From contig JAWXAQ010000008.1 of NCBI GenBank assembly GCA_034439575.1, positions 96,001 to 160,000 on the forward strand: a DNA stretch of 64,000 bases. Direction: 5' to 3'. This document shows positions 21,250 through 31,304 of this stretch, piece after piece. The DNA is from Leptospira sp. GTDB lineage: Bacteria; Spirochaetota; Leptospiria; Leptospirales; Leptospiraceae. The position numbers and the translations under genes were made by a program. The notes under the pieces are model-generated. The model ran no database searches. It saw only the letters and a list, made by a program, of their open reading frames with translations, and had not been told where the DNA came from. Position 1 is the stretch's first letter. Each line of letters opens with the position of its first letter.

Positions 21250-22728
21250 ATGTTATTCAATTCTATTCCATTTTTAATTTTTTTTTCCATTGTATATTTG
21301 TTTTATTGGGCGATTCCAAAACAACATAGGAAAAATTTTCTTCTACTTGCTGGCATAACATTTTATGCATATTTTTCTTATATTTTAACGATCCATTTTT
21401 TATTAGTCATAGGGATAAATTATTTTCTTTACCACCAAATTCGAGCTAAACGAACAAAATTTTTGATCAATGCCACTGTCACTTTAAATTTAATCAATCT
21501 TGGTATTTTCAAATATTTTTATTTTTTCAATCGTGTCTTAGCTGATATCACTGGTTTTCCTTTTTTCCAATCCATACCTACCTTAGTGCATATCGTTCTT
21601 CCCCTAGCAGTTAGTTTTTATACCTTTCAGGTAATAGCCGCGGCAGTTGACACATACAGGGATCCCACAAAACCATTAGTAAACGTTCGAGATTATTTTC
21701 TCTTTGTTGCCTTTTTTCCGGTTTTGATCGCTGGTCCTATTATGCGTTTCGGTGATTTTTTGCCGAATTTGGAGAAGTTGGATCCAGACCGTGACAAAAT
21801 GTACCGCGCATCCTACTTGTTGATGTTAGGTTTAATAAAAAAGGTGTTAGTTGCCGATCCAATGTCGACTACCATCAGTCCGATTTTTGGCAATCCATCT
21901 GAATATGATAGTTTTTCTCTAATCATGGCTGGTATCTGTTATTCGATTCAAGTATATTGCGACTTTTCTGGCTTAACGGATATGGCAAGATCCATTGCTC
22001 TGTTTTTGGGTTTTGAAATTCCAGAAAATTTTACTGGTCCATTTTTTTCAACTTCAGGAAGAGAATTATGGAGAAGATGGCATATTACATTGTCTTTCTG
22101 GTTACGTGATTATATTTATTTCCCATTAGGTGGCTCAAGACTAGGGGAGCTTCGCACATATTTTAATTTGATCGTCATTATGACATTAGGTGGATTTTGG
22201 CATGGTGCAGATTATACTTTTATTTGTTGGGGATTTTATTGGGGAGTGATACTTGCCGGTGAAAGATTTTTAGAAGACGGACTTGGATGGAAACTGACTC
22301 CTACAAAAAGTTTACCTCTCATCATTCTGAAAGCCTTTATCGTTTTTTTCCTTTTTTCCATAAGTGGTCTCATGTTTAGATCAAATAACGCCAGTTCAAT
22401 GATAGATCTTTTCGCTGGGATATTTTCCCATTTTCCATATACATTGGAATCATATTTGATTGATAGTTCGAATTCATGGATGATTTCTGGGACTTCTCTT
22501 TTCGGCAAAACTTCTCTTTTTACATTTTCTCATATAGAAAATTTAGAACGAGTTTCTTATATGTTTGTTGCTTTGTTTCTCTTTCACCATTTTCAATATT
22601 TTCCTGATTACTGGCAAAAATTTAGAAAATATGACAATATACTTGCTCCCATCTGCGGTGTGTTAACTATCTTTTTGCTTGCTACCTTATCCCAAGATGG
22701 AGGCGATTTTATCTATTATAAGTTTTAG
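21250..22728 (+). CDS. MBOAT O-acyltransferase (AlgI/DltB/PatA-like)
   Basis: MLFNS..F, LPLAVSFYTFQ, FFPVLIAGPI, YCDFSG, WRRWHITLS.WLRDYIYFPLGG, GFWHGA. Confidence 0.93.
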   Translation: MLFNSIPFLIFFSIVYLFYWAIPKQHRKNFLLLAGITFYAYFSYILTIHFLLVIGINYFLYHQIRAKRTKFLINATVTLNLINLGIFKYFYFFNRVLADITGFPFFQSIPTLVHIVLPLAVSFYTFQVIAAAVDTYRDPTKPLVNVRDYFLFVAFFPVLIAGPIMRFGDFLPNLEKLDPDRDKMYRASYLLMLGLIKKVLVADPMSTTISPIFGNPSEYDSFSLIMAGICYSIQVYCDFSGLTDMARSIALFLGFEIPENFTGPFFSTSGRELWRRWHITLSFWLRDYIYFPLGGSRLGELRTYFNLIVIMTLGGFWHGADYTFICWGFYWGVILAGERFLEDGLGWKLTPTKSLPLIILKAFIVFFLFSISGLMFRSNNASSMIDLFAGIFSHFPYTLESYLIDSSNSWMISGTSLFGKTSLFTFSHIENLERVSYMFVALFLFHHFQYFPDYWQKFRKYDNILAPICGVLTIFLLATLSQDGGDFIYYKF

Positions 22729-22742
22729 ATAAAATAAATTTT

Positions 22743-23822
22743 ATGGATTTAATTAAAAATAAATTTTTGCTTTTGCCACTTCTTGTTATTTTTATCGCTT
22801 TTGTTTTAGATAAATTTTTACTCTTAGAAAATGTCCACACTTACTTTTCTAAATCTTTATCTGATATAAATTACATTCAAAAAAATCAATTGTATGATGA
22901 TTTAAAATCATATTTAAACACACCGAATCGAAAAAAGGTGCTGGTCTATTTTGGAAATTCAAGAGCTTTACTTTTTGATACAGAATATATTGAAAAAACA
23001 TACCCAGGTTGGACAATGTTTAATTTTTCCGTGCCTGGTGGCCGATCGGACTATACTTTGCAATGGATGGAAAAATTTAAACGCGATCAGGTGAAGCCTG
23101 ATTTCTTTTTGTTCGATCATTCTGTGGAATTATATAATTCTGCCGCAACACTAAATGTAGACGAAACATTAACAAACGGACTAGATGTACTTTTTGTTTT
23201 AAGACATTTTAACTTATTTTCCACGAATGAAATTTCTACACTCATTGCAAAGAGGATGTTTCGAAGTTATCAGTACAGACCCAAGTTAGAAGTGATTGTA
23301 AAACGAGCAATGAATAAGGATAAGTATTTATATTCTTACCGTGAACTTAGAAATAATTTATTTGATCGTTTGTCAAAGAACAGAGGTTCGGCGCTAACAC
23401 CAGGAACGCATCAAGCAATATTGCCTGATGAATTATTAAAAAAATCTTCCAGAGGTGATTTCCAATCTTATCTCGTACCTTTTCGATTTTCAGATAATAC
23501 ACTTACATTTTTAGATGAATCTATTAAAATATCTAAATCTCTGAATGTACCTTCATCTACAATTTGGGTCAGACTTTCACTGCCATATATGGAACATATC
23601 AGAAAGGAACAAGTTAGTGTAGAGGAAAACAAAACAAGCAGTGTTTACGATTATTGGTTACCGAAGATTTTGTCTTACCAAGAAAAAGTGAATGTACCTT
23701 TTTGGAATATGAATGATGATAAAAATTATAAGTGCAATGAGTTCAGTGACGCAGGTCATATGTCACCATCTTGTTACAAAGATTATACAGATTTTATTAT
23801 GGATAGAGTGATTAAAAATTAA
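22743..23822 (+). CDS. SGNH-like acyltransferase/hydrolase (DUF1574-type), partner of the MBOAT
   Basis: N-terminal TM, FGNSR (block I), NFSVPG (block II), DAGH (block V). Confidence 0.72.
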   Translation: MDLIKNKFLLLPLLVIFIAFVLDKFLLLENVHTYFSKSLSDINYIQKNQLYDDLKSYLNTPNRKKVLVYFGNSRALLFDTEYIEKTYPGWTMFNFSVPGGRSDYTLQWMEKFKRDQVKPDFFLFDHSVELYNSAATLNVDETLTNGLDVLFVLRHFNLFSTNEISTLIAKRMFRSYQYRPKLEVIVKRAMNKDKYLYSYRELRNNLFDRLSKNRGSALTPGTHQAILPDELLKKSSRGDFQSYLVPFRFSDNTLTFLDESIKISKSLNVPSSTIWVRLSLPYMEHIRKEQVSVEENKTSSVYDYWLPKILSYQEKVNVPFWNMNDDKNYKCNEFSDAGHMSPSCYKDYTDFIMDRVIKN

Positions 23823-23828
23823 AAAAGC

Positions 23829-24431
23829 TTAATCTTTTGTTACGGGTGATTTAAAAAACTCCACACGATTTTGAATGTCGATGGGAGATAGTTTTTCTGG
23901 TTCCGTTGGATTTTGTTTTTGTGCAGGGTTTTGTTGGTTTGGTTTATTGGAATTGTCTTTATCCATAGAGTAACCATAATAAAAACCATACACTAACTCA
24001 ACGACAGCGATCTCACCACTTGAAGATAAATTTCTTATCTCGACGATCACATCTTCAGGCGGGGCTAACATTTCAAATACCCATTGATTTTCAGAAACGA
24101 TTTTTTCTTTACGTAGAATCTGATTGTTCTCGTCTGTGCCTTCACCGTTATAGACTGTTAGTTGCCATTCTTTTAAAGTCCCATCACCAGCAATGCCTAT
24201 TCCAAGTGACTGGGGAGCTTTTTCAGATGCTCGAACATCAAATCGAATGGCGCCACCTCTATTGATCGCACCATACAGGCGTTTTTTGGATAAATTTGGA
24301 TATAATGCGAGGTCTTGAAGTCTGGCTGTAATTTCTTTTACATTCGCATTTAATGCAGAGCCACCTTCGCTATACAAAGTGAAAGAAGTAATCAGACAAA
24401 GAATACTAGAAAAGCAAATTATTTTTTTCAT
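23829..24431 (-). CDS. Exported hypothetical protein
   Basis: Signal peptide, beta-rich core, Q/N/P-rich tail. Confidence 0.6.
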   Translation of the reverse strand: MKKIICFSSILCLITSFTLYSEGGSALNANVKEITARLQDLALYPNLSKKRLYGAINRGGAIRFDVRASEKAPQSLGIGIAGDGTLKEWQLTVYNGEGTDENNQILRKEKIVSENQWVFEMLAPPEDVIVEIRNLSSSGEIAVVELVYGFYYGYSMDKDNSNKPNQQNPAQKQNPTEPEKLSPIDIQNRVEFFKSPVTKD

Positions 24432-24479
24432 ACTTAATGAGACTCTTAAAATTCTCTCATAAAAAGTAGAAATATCAAA

Positions 24480-25502
24480 TTATTCTACACAACTATTGAT
24501 TTTTTTTAGCGAATTTTCTAGAAATGAGATTTCTTCTGGATCCAAATTTCCTTTTTGTTTCGAATACCATTCGTTCATTCTTTCTTTGGCTGATCGAAAG
24601 ACTGGTTTGCATTTGTTTTCAAAATATCTATATCCATTCATTCTATCTTGTTGGTTTTCGCTAATTAACTTATAGAATCCATAAATATCTTTAGTATCTT
24701 TAGATTTAGCGTTTAATGTAACGTAAGTATTATAACATTCTGATAATGCAGGTTCTGGAACAGTGGAATTGGGACAGTTTTTCGGTTGGTTTGCCTTTAG
24801 GTAAGACATGAACTCTGGATAAGAATATGTATACAAAGGTCGGCCAGCGGGAACTTCGACTACTTTATCAATGGGTTTTTCATCTTGTTTTTCGATTTTT
24901 AAAAATTTGGAAATTGTTTGTGGTTTTTGGAAAGGGTTAATGATTGTTAAATCATACTCTCCTTCAGGGGCATTTGTGGTGTCTACTTTAACATCAATTC
25001 GCTTCTCGCTCATAAACTCTTTTTTTAGAAGCGGAAGTTTTTTTTCTTTTTGGCTGATTTCTACTTCCGTTACATCTAAAAAGTTTTGACCATCTATTTC
25101 CAGTTCGGAAATCTTTTTCCCTGTTTCAGGATCTGGGTCTAGTGGTTTCAATTTTACTGTTGGTTTATCTTTATAATAATCTACTCTGGGAATTTCTGAA
25201 ATTAGAACTTCCATCTCTTTCCAAGGTGACCATATAACAGGTTTTTTGAAGATATTTAAAGGTGCAGAACGTACTGAATAATCACCGATTCCTAAATCTT
25301 GAACAGGGAAATAGTTTTTTTCGATTTTTTTATCTATAATAATTTTACCAGATTTATCTTTGATTTGAATTTGGTATCCGGAAGCATCTTCAATTGGTTT
25401 CCAGGCAACAAACTTGTACAACTCAGAGGATATTAAGTTAGTCACGAGAAATATAAAAAAAGTTATGAGGAAAAAATGTGTTAGTTTATGATTTAACTTC
25501 AT
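24480..25502 (-). CDS. Exported protein with Fn3-like and Ig/IPT-like domains
   Basis: Signal peptide, WKPIEDASGYQIQI..GDYSVR..WS (Fn3-like), DGQNF..GEYDLTIINP (IPT-like), Cys-containing C-terminus. Confidence 0.6.
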   Translation of the reverse strand: MKLNHKLTHFFLITFFIFLVTNLISSELYKFVAWKPIEDASGYQIQIKDKSGKIIIDKKIEKNYFPVQDLGIGDYSVRSAPLNIFKKPVIWSPWKEMEVLISEIPRVDYYKDKPTVKLKPLDPDPETGKKISELEIDGQNFLDVTEVEISQKEKKLPLLKKEFMSEKRIDVKVDTTNAPEGEYDLTIINPFQKPQTISKFLKIEKQDEKPIDKVVEVPAGRPLYTYSYPEFMSYLKANQPKNCPNSTVPEPALSECYNTYVTLNAKSKDTKDIYGFYKLISENQQDRMNGYRYFENKCKPVFRSAKERMNEWYSKQKGNLDPEEISFLENSLKKINSCVE

Positions 25503-27406
25503 TTGTGTTTTCCTTCCTTGTATAATCTTTTTGGAGATATAAATTCTATATCTGCTGATTTAAGAGTTTTTAATTGATTGAGCGATATTATGAAATTTCC
25601 TTTTCTAGATTGACTGGATTCCCCATCGCGAATTTCAATCAGTTCCCACGAAAAAGTTCCTTCATCGAGAACAGTTAAATCTTTTAAAGATAAATTCATA
25701 GTTTTTGATTGAGCTCGGTAAACGGCAGTTCGGCGAGAGCCTTCTACTTGATATAAGACTAGTTCATATTTATCCGCACCGCTCCCACCTTTCCAAGTAA
25801 AGTCCAATGATTTTTTACCTTTCATTTCAATGACAGTGTTCAATGGAGATATTAATTCCAAGGCAACTGGTTTGGGTTTATCTTCCTTCTTCGGTTCTTC
25901 TTTTTCCGGTTCTTCGTCCGGAGTTTTCTTTTCGACAATGCTAAACTTTGTGACAGGTGATGTTTCACTTTCTTTTCCTTCTGCAGAAAAACCCCTGATG
26001 CGAGCATATAGAGTACCTTGTCCAAATTCTTTCCAATTCGGTGTAAAAAAATTGGATGTGCTTTCTTTAGAAGATAGTAGACTTCCAAACTTTGGATCTT
26101 TAGAAATTTCTACTTTGTATTTTGCCAATTCGGGATTTCCTTCCCAAATCATAATCGCTTGACCCTTGTTAATTTCTTCGAGTGTAATCTCTGTTCCACT
26201 GGATGGTCGTATTAAGTGTGGTGCAGGATAAGCATCTTGTTTTTTTACTGTAAAATGATTTGGACCTGCTTTTTTATTTGGTGAACCAGGAAAGGAAGAG
26301 TAGGCAGTCACACGCCAATGGTATGTGCCTTCTTTTAAATCATCGAATGATACTGTATTTGCTTCAGTTTCAACGGCTTTCAATTTGTTTGTGAATTGTG
26401 CTGAATTTGAAAGTTCAAAATGATAACCGCGTGCAGTGGAAATTTTTGGCCAACTAAAGTTGATTAAGGGAGGTTCGGAAACAAATCCAAATTCAGTGTT
26501 ATTTGACGGATTGTCTAAACGCAGTGGCTCATCGCGTGCTACGAAAAATTTACCTGTATCGCTAGATTCCCATTTGCCAGATTTCGGATCCTTTGCTTGC
26601 ACTCGCCAATAATAGGTTCCTTCCTTAAATGAGGATCTGTATTTAGATCCACTAACTTCTTGTTTCAAAAGTTGTAATTTGAATTGCGGGGATCTTGAAA
26701 CTTCAATTTGAGATTCGTTAAATCCTGGGTCTAGGTCCCATTCAAATGGAACATTTGCTTCATTGCCCTCAATTAAAAATAATTTTTGTGATATCGGTCC
26801 TTTTAATTTTACAGGAATTTTTTTGACTGTGACTTCAGAACCTTCGACAAGTGATGCTTTTTTTCCACTTTCTACATCAACCTGTTTACCGTTATGTGTA
26901 ATTTTGGAACTACCATTTTCTACGAATAAACTTAGATCCTTTTTTGCATCTTTCTCAATCTTTAGATCTCCAGATCCAACATCAATTTCACTTCCATGTG
27001 ATTTGATCACTAAATTTGAATCTTTAGAGGATCCATTTTTCACTTGCATGGAACCTTGAGAAAATTCTAAACTTGGTTTTTCTCCAGAAAGGTCCAAGTT
27101 AAACATGGAATTTTCATCGATGTTAATCTCAGTACCATCTTTAAGACGAATGATGGCATCGGAAAACGCTTCCGAACGAATTGTATCTTTGTTAGTCAAA
27201 GGACTATTGTTTTCTAAGGTTTCCCAAACAACTTGATCCTCTAGTTTTCTTTGCACTATATTGTTTTTAAAGTGAATGGTACCAATGACTTCTCTATCAC
27301 CGATATCAATCTTACGATTGATATCTATATAAAATAACGAAGTGAATGTGATGATGATTAAAATTAATAAGAGTAATACTCTGTAATCGCGTTTGTCTAA
27401 TTTCAT
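25499..27406 (-). CDS. FecR-domain protein with multiple Fn3-like repeats
   Basis: TM anchor, DTIRS..SDAIIRLKDGTEINIDENS (FecR), repeated P.L..P / F.W / EGTYYWRV units. Confidence 0.8.
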   Translation of the reverse strand: MKLDKRDYRVLLLLILIIITFTSLFYIDINRKIDIGDREVIGTIHFKNNIVQRKLEDQVVWETLENNSPLTNKDTIRSEAFSDAIIRLKDGTEINIDENSMFNLDLSGEKPSLEFSQGSMQVKNGSSKDSNLVIKSHGSEIDVGSGDLKIEKDAKKDLSLFVENGSSKITHNGKQVDVESGKKASLVEGSEVTVKKIPVKLKGPISQKLFLIEGNEANVPFEWDLDPGFNESQIEVSRSPQFKLQLLKQEVSGSKYRSSFKEGTYYWRVQAKDPKSGKWESSDTGKFFVARDEPLRLDNPSNNTEFGFVSEPPLINFSWPKISTARGYHFELSNSAQFTNKLKAVETEANTVSFDDLKEGTYHWRVTAYSSFPGSPNKKAGPNHFTVKKQDAYPAPHLIRPSSGTEITLEEINKGQAIMIWEGNPELAKYKVEISKDPKFGSLLSSKESTSNFFTPNWKEFGQGTLYARIRGFSAEGKESETSPVTKFSIVEKKTPDEEPEKEEPKKEDKPKPVALELISPLNTVIEMKGKKSLDFTWKGGSGADKYELVLYQVEGSRRTAVYRAQSKTMNLSLKDLTVLDEGTFSWELIEIRDGESSQSRKGNFIISLNQLKTLKSADIEFISPKRLYKEGKHK

Positions 27407-27416
27407 AAATAATATA

Positions 27417-29264
27417 TTATTTCTTTTTCTCTGGAGTTGGAATACCCACTAACTTTCGTAATTCTATGAGGGTTTTCGGGCACTTAGGATCATTTTTTCT
27501 ACCGAGAACCGCATAGATTTTTTGAGCCTTTAGTTTCCCTTTTACTTTAATTTCACCCATGCTTACTACATTGAACATATGTTTTACTTCATCATAAGTA
27601 TTTTCTGAAATTAAAATATCTGTGCCAGATTCTTTGTTCAGGGATTCGACCCGAGAGGCAAGGTTTACCGTATCCCCTATGACAGTATATTCCATTTTGT
27701 CAGAAGATCCAATTTGACCAGCAATCACATACCCAGAGTTAATACCGCAACCAATCCGAATGATCGGCTTTTTAACACTTCCTCTTCCTTTATTAAATAT
27801 AAGTAATCTTTCGCGCATGCGGACTGAGGCTTCTACTGCGTCCACAGAGTCATTTCCTGAAGAACGAATGGCACCCCAAGTCGCCATGATGGCATCTCCA
27901 ATAAACTTATCTACGATACCACCAGTCTCTTTAACGCATGTTACCATCTCGCTCATATACTGATTGAGAAATTCGACAACATCTTCTGGTTCTAATTTTT
28001 CTGAAATAGCCGTAAAACTTCGTATATCTGAAAAGAATACGGCGACATTTTTTCTTTCGCCACCAATCGCCAATTGTCCTTTGGCGGCTAATTCGGCAAT
28101 GTCAGTATTCACAAATTTACCGAAGGAATCTTTTAATTTTTCGCGTTCTTCAAGTCCTCGACCCATAGATACGAAAGATCTTGTCAAAACGCCAATTTCG
28201 TCTCGAGTTGTAGCGGCTAAATTCAATCGAAATTGCCCAGCTTGGATCATTCTTGCGGCTTCAACTAATGCGAGTATAGGTGTTGAAAGTGATTTTGCAA
28301 AAATATATACAACGATAAAGGCTAAAGCTAAAAAGATTACTAGCAAATACATATTTCTTTTCTGGATGTCATTGACCGCTTGGAAAACTTTCTCTTCTTC
28401 GACCTGAGATATAACACCAACACCGCCTATCCCTAGTTTTTTGAAAGAACCTAAGTAATAAACTCCTTCTTTGTTTTCATAACGGAACTGTCCATTGTCA
28501 ACGAGTGACTTTTTCATTTTTTCGACGATAGGTAGGTCGTTTAATTTTGATCCTGATAATACGATTTTAGCATCAGGATGCGCGAGGACACTTCCGTCTT
28601 CACCTATGAGAAATGTTTCCGTTGTTCCTGAAGTTTGGAATGCACTTAGAAGCCTATCTAACTTGACTAAGGTGACAAGAATTGTTTGGGTATCTTTTGA
28701 TTCAGAAAGAGGAAACGCTAAACATAGCATAGGGTGACGAAAATAAGGGCTCGCATTCCAAATTACCGTAGAACCAGAATAAGCTTTCTTAACTTTTTCT
28801 TTGATTGTTCCCATTAAGTTATGGATTTCAGATTTTTGGTAATCGAAATTTTGTAAAAAGTCTTCATTCAAAACTTCGAATTTAGGAGTCATGCCAGGTC
28901 CATAGGCTCCGATCAAAATAAAACTTTGATCTACATCAAATAGCTCTTTGGCGATGACTTTTGAAACACCAGGATTTCTGATGATGCCTGCAGATGTTAT
29001 GTGAACATCTTGGCGAATGGATTGTAAGTCTGATTTTACCTTTAAGGCGAGAATATCGTTGATCTTGATATTATTTTCTTTCACAACCCCTTCACTATCC
29101 TTTCTGAAAAAGTAAGAGGCGAGAAAGATAACTCCAGATACCGAGACGAGCAAAACAAAGGAAATGATAAGTAAAAGTTTGAAGCGAATCGGAAAGCTGG
29201 AATCTAGAGATTTGTTATCATCTTTCGAGAAGAGGTTAGTTATAAATTTAAATCGGGAACTCAT
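27417..29264 (-). CDS. Membrane class III adenylate cyclase (Cache-like sensor, HAMP, cyclase)
   Basis: Two TM helices, periplasmic FLIGEDGSVLAHPD, HAMP (PI..L..RDEIGVL), FFSDIRSFT, DKFIGDAIMA, YTVIGDTVNLASRVE. Confidence 0.92.
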   Translation of the reverse strand: MSSRFKFITNLFSKDDNKSLDSSFPIRFKLLLIISFVLLVSVSGVIFLASYFFRKDSEGVVKENNIKINDILALKVKSDLQSIRQDVHITSAGIIRNPGVSKVIAKELFDVDQSFILIGAYGPGMTPKFEVLNEDFLQNFDYQKSEIHNLMGTIKEKVKKAYSGSTVIWNASPYFRHPMLCLAFPLSESKDTQTILVTLVKLDRLLSAFQTSGTTETFLIGEDGSVLAHPDAKIVLSGSKLNDLPIVEKMKKSLVDNGQFRYENKEGVYYLGSFKKLGIGGVGVISQVEEEKVFQAVNDIQKRNMYLLVIFLALAFIVVYIFAKSLSTPILALVEAARMIQAGQFRLNLAATTRDEIGVLTRSFVSMGRGLEEREKLKDSFGKFVNTDIAELAAKGQLAIGGERKNVAVFFSDIRSFTAISEKLEPEDVVEFLNQYMSEMVTCVKETGGIVDKFIGDAIMATWGAIRSSGNDSVDAVEASVRMRERLLIFNKGRGSVKKPIIRIGCGINSGYVIAGQIGSSDKMEYTVIGDTVNLASRVESLNKESGTDILISENTYDEVKHMFNVVSMGEIKVKGKLKAQKIYAVLGRKNDPKCPKTLIELRKLVGIPTPEKKK

Positions 29265-29367
29265 ATAATTATTATCTATTACAATTATTTTCGAATACTA
29301 CTAGGTTTAAAAAGATAAAAATTAACTGAAAGTAAATTTATTAGCTTTTAAGGGCAATTCCTCCCTC

Positions 29368-30669
29368 CTATGGGCAGGAAAGTTCTACGGTATAAGTCTG
29401 GCGAAACGGTACTTCAGGAACTGAGAATGTAGTTTCCCTTACGACAGTATCTGGGAACCCATCGACTTTTGAGGCATCACTCATACAGACCAGTTTATAT
29501 AAACCTGGATTCAAATATTTGATCTTAGCAGAAGTACGAGCGGGTGTTGCGGCAAGAGGCAAAGTATTAATTAATTCTGTCTCCGATGCTCTGAAAACAG
29601 CATAATGGTGAAGAAGTGAACCTGATCCACCAGTAATCACTAAACTCGATGCGATTTCTGGATAAATGACCCTCGATCGAGAAAGTAAATTTCCACCAGC
29701 ATCTCCTTCCCCTTTATGATCAAAAAATATATCACTTACACCGACGTAGGTTATCACCTGCGCCCTTGCCGAAAGATAGGAGTGTAACATTAAATTTTCT
29801 TTTAGATTCACCCTAACTTCGAGTATATAAGGATCAAATCCTTCTCGAATTTCCATATCAGCTTGGGTTCCTGATTGAGAATATAAAACAGGAAACATTT
29901 TCGGGACGATGCTATTTTTTGCCAAACTGGATGTTCCAGGGTTGTAATTATTTCTGGGTACTATATTCAATCCCGAACCAGGTATGATTCTGTTATCAAA
30001 TCGAGTTGTAGTGACAGGAACTCCTGCATCGTTCGCAAAACCTGTCACAAGCGATCTAAAATAAATCCCTGAATAATAGTAGTTTCGACCAAATGCATTT
30101 AAGCCATAATCTCCACCTTCCGTTTTAGCCGATGGGTCATTGGAAGGATAATGCGCGCCCGTTCCATTGAAAAAATCTATCATTTTCGCAAGACCGCCAT
30201 TCGCCTGACAGGTATCATTATCAAGGGAGTAAGGGTTTGTACAATATACTTGTCTATTTGGGGCAATAAAATCCCAAAATTTCGTAGAGTCCAGTGAATC
30301 TCTAATTTGTGTAAGGTTATTGAAACCTTTTTCAAATTTACTGGATATTCTAATCTCACCGATATCTACATAGATTGGTAAAGTTCCAGCCGTTGGTATA
30401 TTTATAAGACTCATCGTCGGGTCATTGCCTGGTTCTTGAGAGTCGACATATAGTGAACCTGAACCATTATTGTATTCAGAAAAATCAAGCGGACTATCTG
30501 TAGAATAGGTGCCCTTTAACAAGAGTAACATTCTATTATTAAAAAGAGTCGAAAGCACAGGCAAATTTGTTTCGTGCCCTAAATCCAATTTCGTTTTACA
30601 ATTGAATGTACCAAATAATGTGAAACCGAAGAACATTACATTCGTAAATAAGTGTATAATGAATTTCAT
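29368..30669 (-). CDS. Putative surface lipoprotein (Leptospira-specific family)
   Basis: Lipobox-like TFNC, beta-rich 433-aa ORF. Confidence 0.6.
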   Translation of the reverse strand: MKFIIHLFTNVMFFGFTLFGTFNCKTKLDLGHETNLPVLSTLFNNRMLLLLKGTYSTDSPLDFSEYNNGSGSLYVDSQEPGNDPTMSLINIPTAGTLPIYVDIGEIRISSKFEKGFNNLTQIRDSLDSTKFWDFIAPNRQVYCTNPYSLDNDTCQANGGLAKMIDFFNGTGAHYPSNDPSAKTEGGDYGLNAFGRNYYYSGIYFRSLVTGFANDAGVPVTTTRFDNRIIPGSGLNIVPRNNYNPGTSSLAKNSIVPKMFPVLYSQSGTQADMEIREGFDPYILEVRVNLKENLMLHSYLSARAQVITYVGVSDIFFDHKGEGDAGGNLLSRSRVIYPEIASSLVITGGSGSLLHHYAVFRASETELINTLPLAATPARTSAKIKYLNPGLYKLVCMSDASKVDGFPDTVVRETTFSVPEVPFRQTYTVELSCP

Positions 30670-31304
30670 ATCAAAACACCAACCATAAGTCCAAAATAGA
30701 AAAAGTCTGCATTTTCTAAGCGGTAGTAATTTGGGTTCAAAAGGCGCGGATCGTCATAGGGACTTGCAAGGGGGATCCTGTAAGTATCCGGGACATCTAG
30801 ACTTGTTTCTCGAATTTGGTTGTAATCAAACCTAACACCGATTCGTATCCTTTTCCCAGCGATAAAACTTGCTTCCAGGCCTGCATACACGAGTGGGTTC
30901 CAGCGAGCTGTATCGGAGGGTCTTGCCACTACATATGCCTGACCACCACCAGCTTTTACGAAAAATTGGATGGGTAGCTCGACTGGAATGCGGTAGGCTA
31001 GGGCCGCATAAAGGGGGATAGTCGTCAATCCTCGTTCCGATTTGGATAGAAAAACAGCATAAGAAGTGCCAAATTCTGTATAAAACATATACGGAAAAGG
31101 AATCCGACCATACAGTCCGCCACCGAGAGTCGTATCCAATAATTCTATGGTTTTTGTTCCAGGAAATGGATTCCCAGCACCGACCCAACCACCAACTTCA
31201 TAGCGTCTTTTATTGTAATCTTCTACTGTTTCCGAAAAGAGCACAGATGAGGATGCGAAAAAAAATGCGCAGAGGAGTGCAATTTTAAGGAAACTGAGGT
31301 TCAT
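30666..31304 (-). CDS. Small outer-membrane beta-barrel protein
   Basis: Signal peptide from ATG 31304, alternating amphipathic strands, C-terminal FYFGLMVGVLI. Confidence 0.65.
   Translation of the reverse strand: MNLSFLKIALLCAFFFASSSVLFSETVEDYNKRRYEVGGWVGAGNPFPGTKTIELLDTTLGGGLYGRIPFPYMFYTEFGTSYAVFLSKSERGLTTIPLYAALAYRIPVELPIQFFVKAGGGQAYVVARPSDTARWNPLVYAGLEASFIAGKRIRIGVRFDYNQIRETSLDVPDTYRIPLASPYDDPRLLNPNYYRLENADFFYFGLMVGVLI

Noticed and set aside
27760-28737. Antisense ORFs up to 147 aa opposite the cyclase, and similar shadow ORFs across the window
   Set aside because: They lie wholly opposite well-supported genes and show no motifs; consistent with codon-bias shadows.
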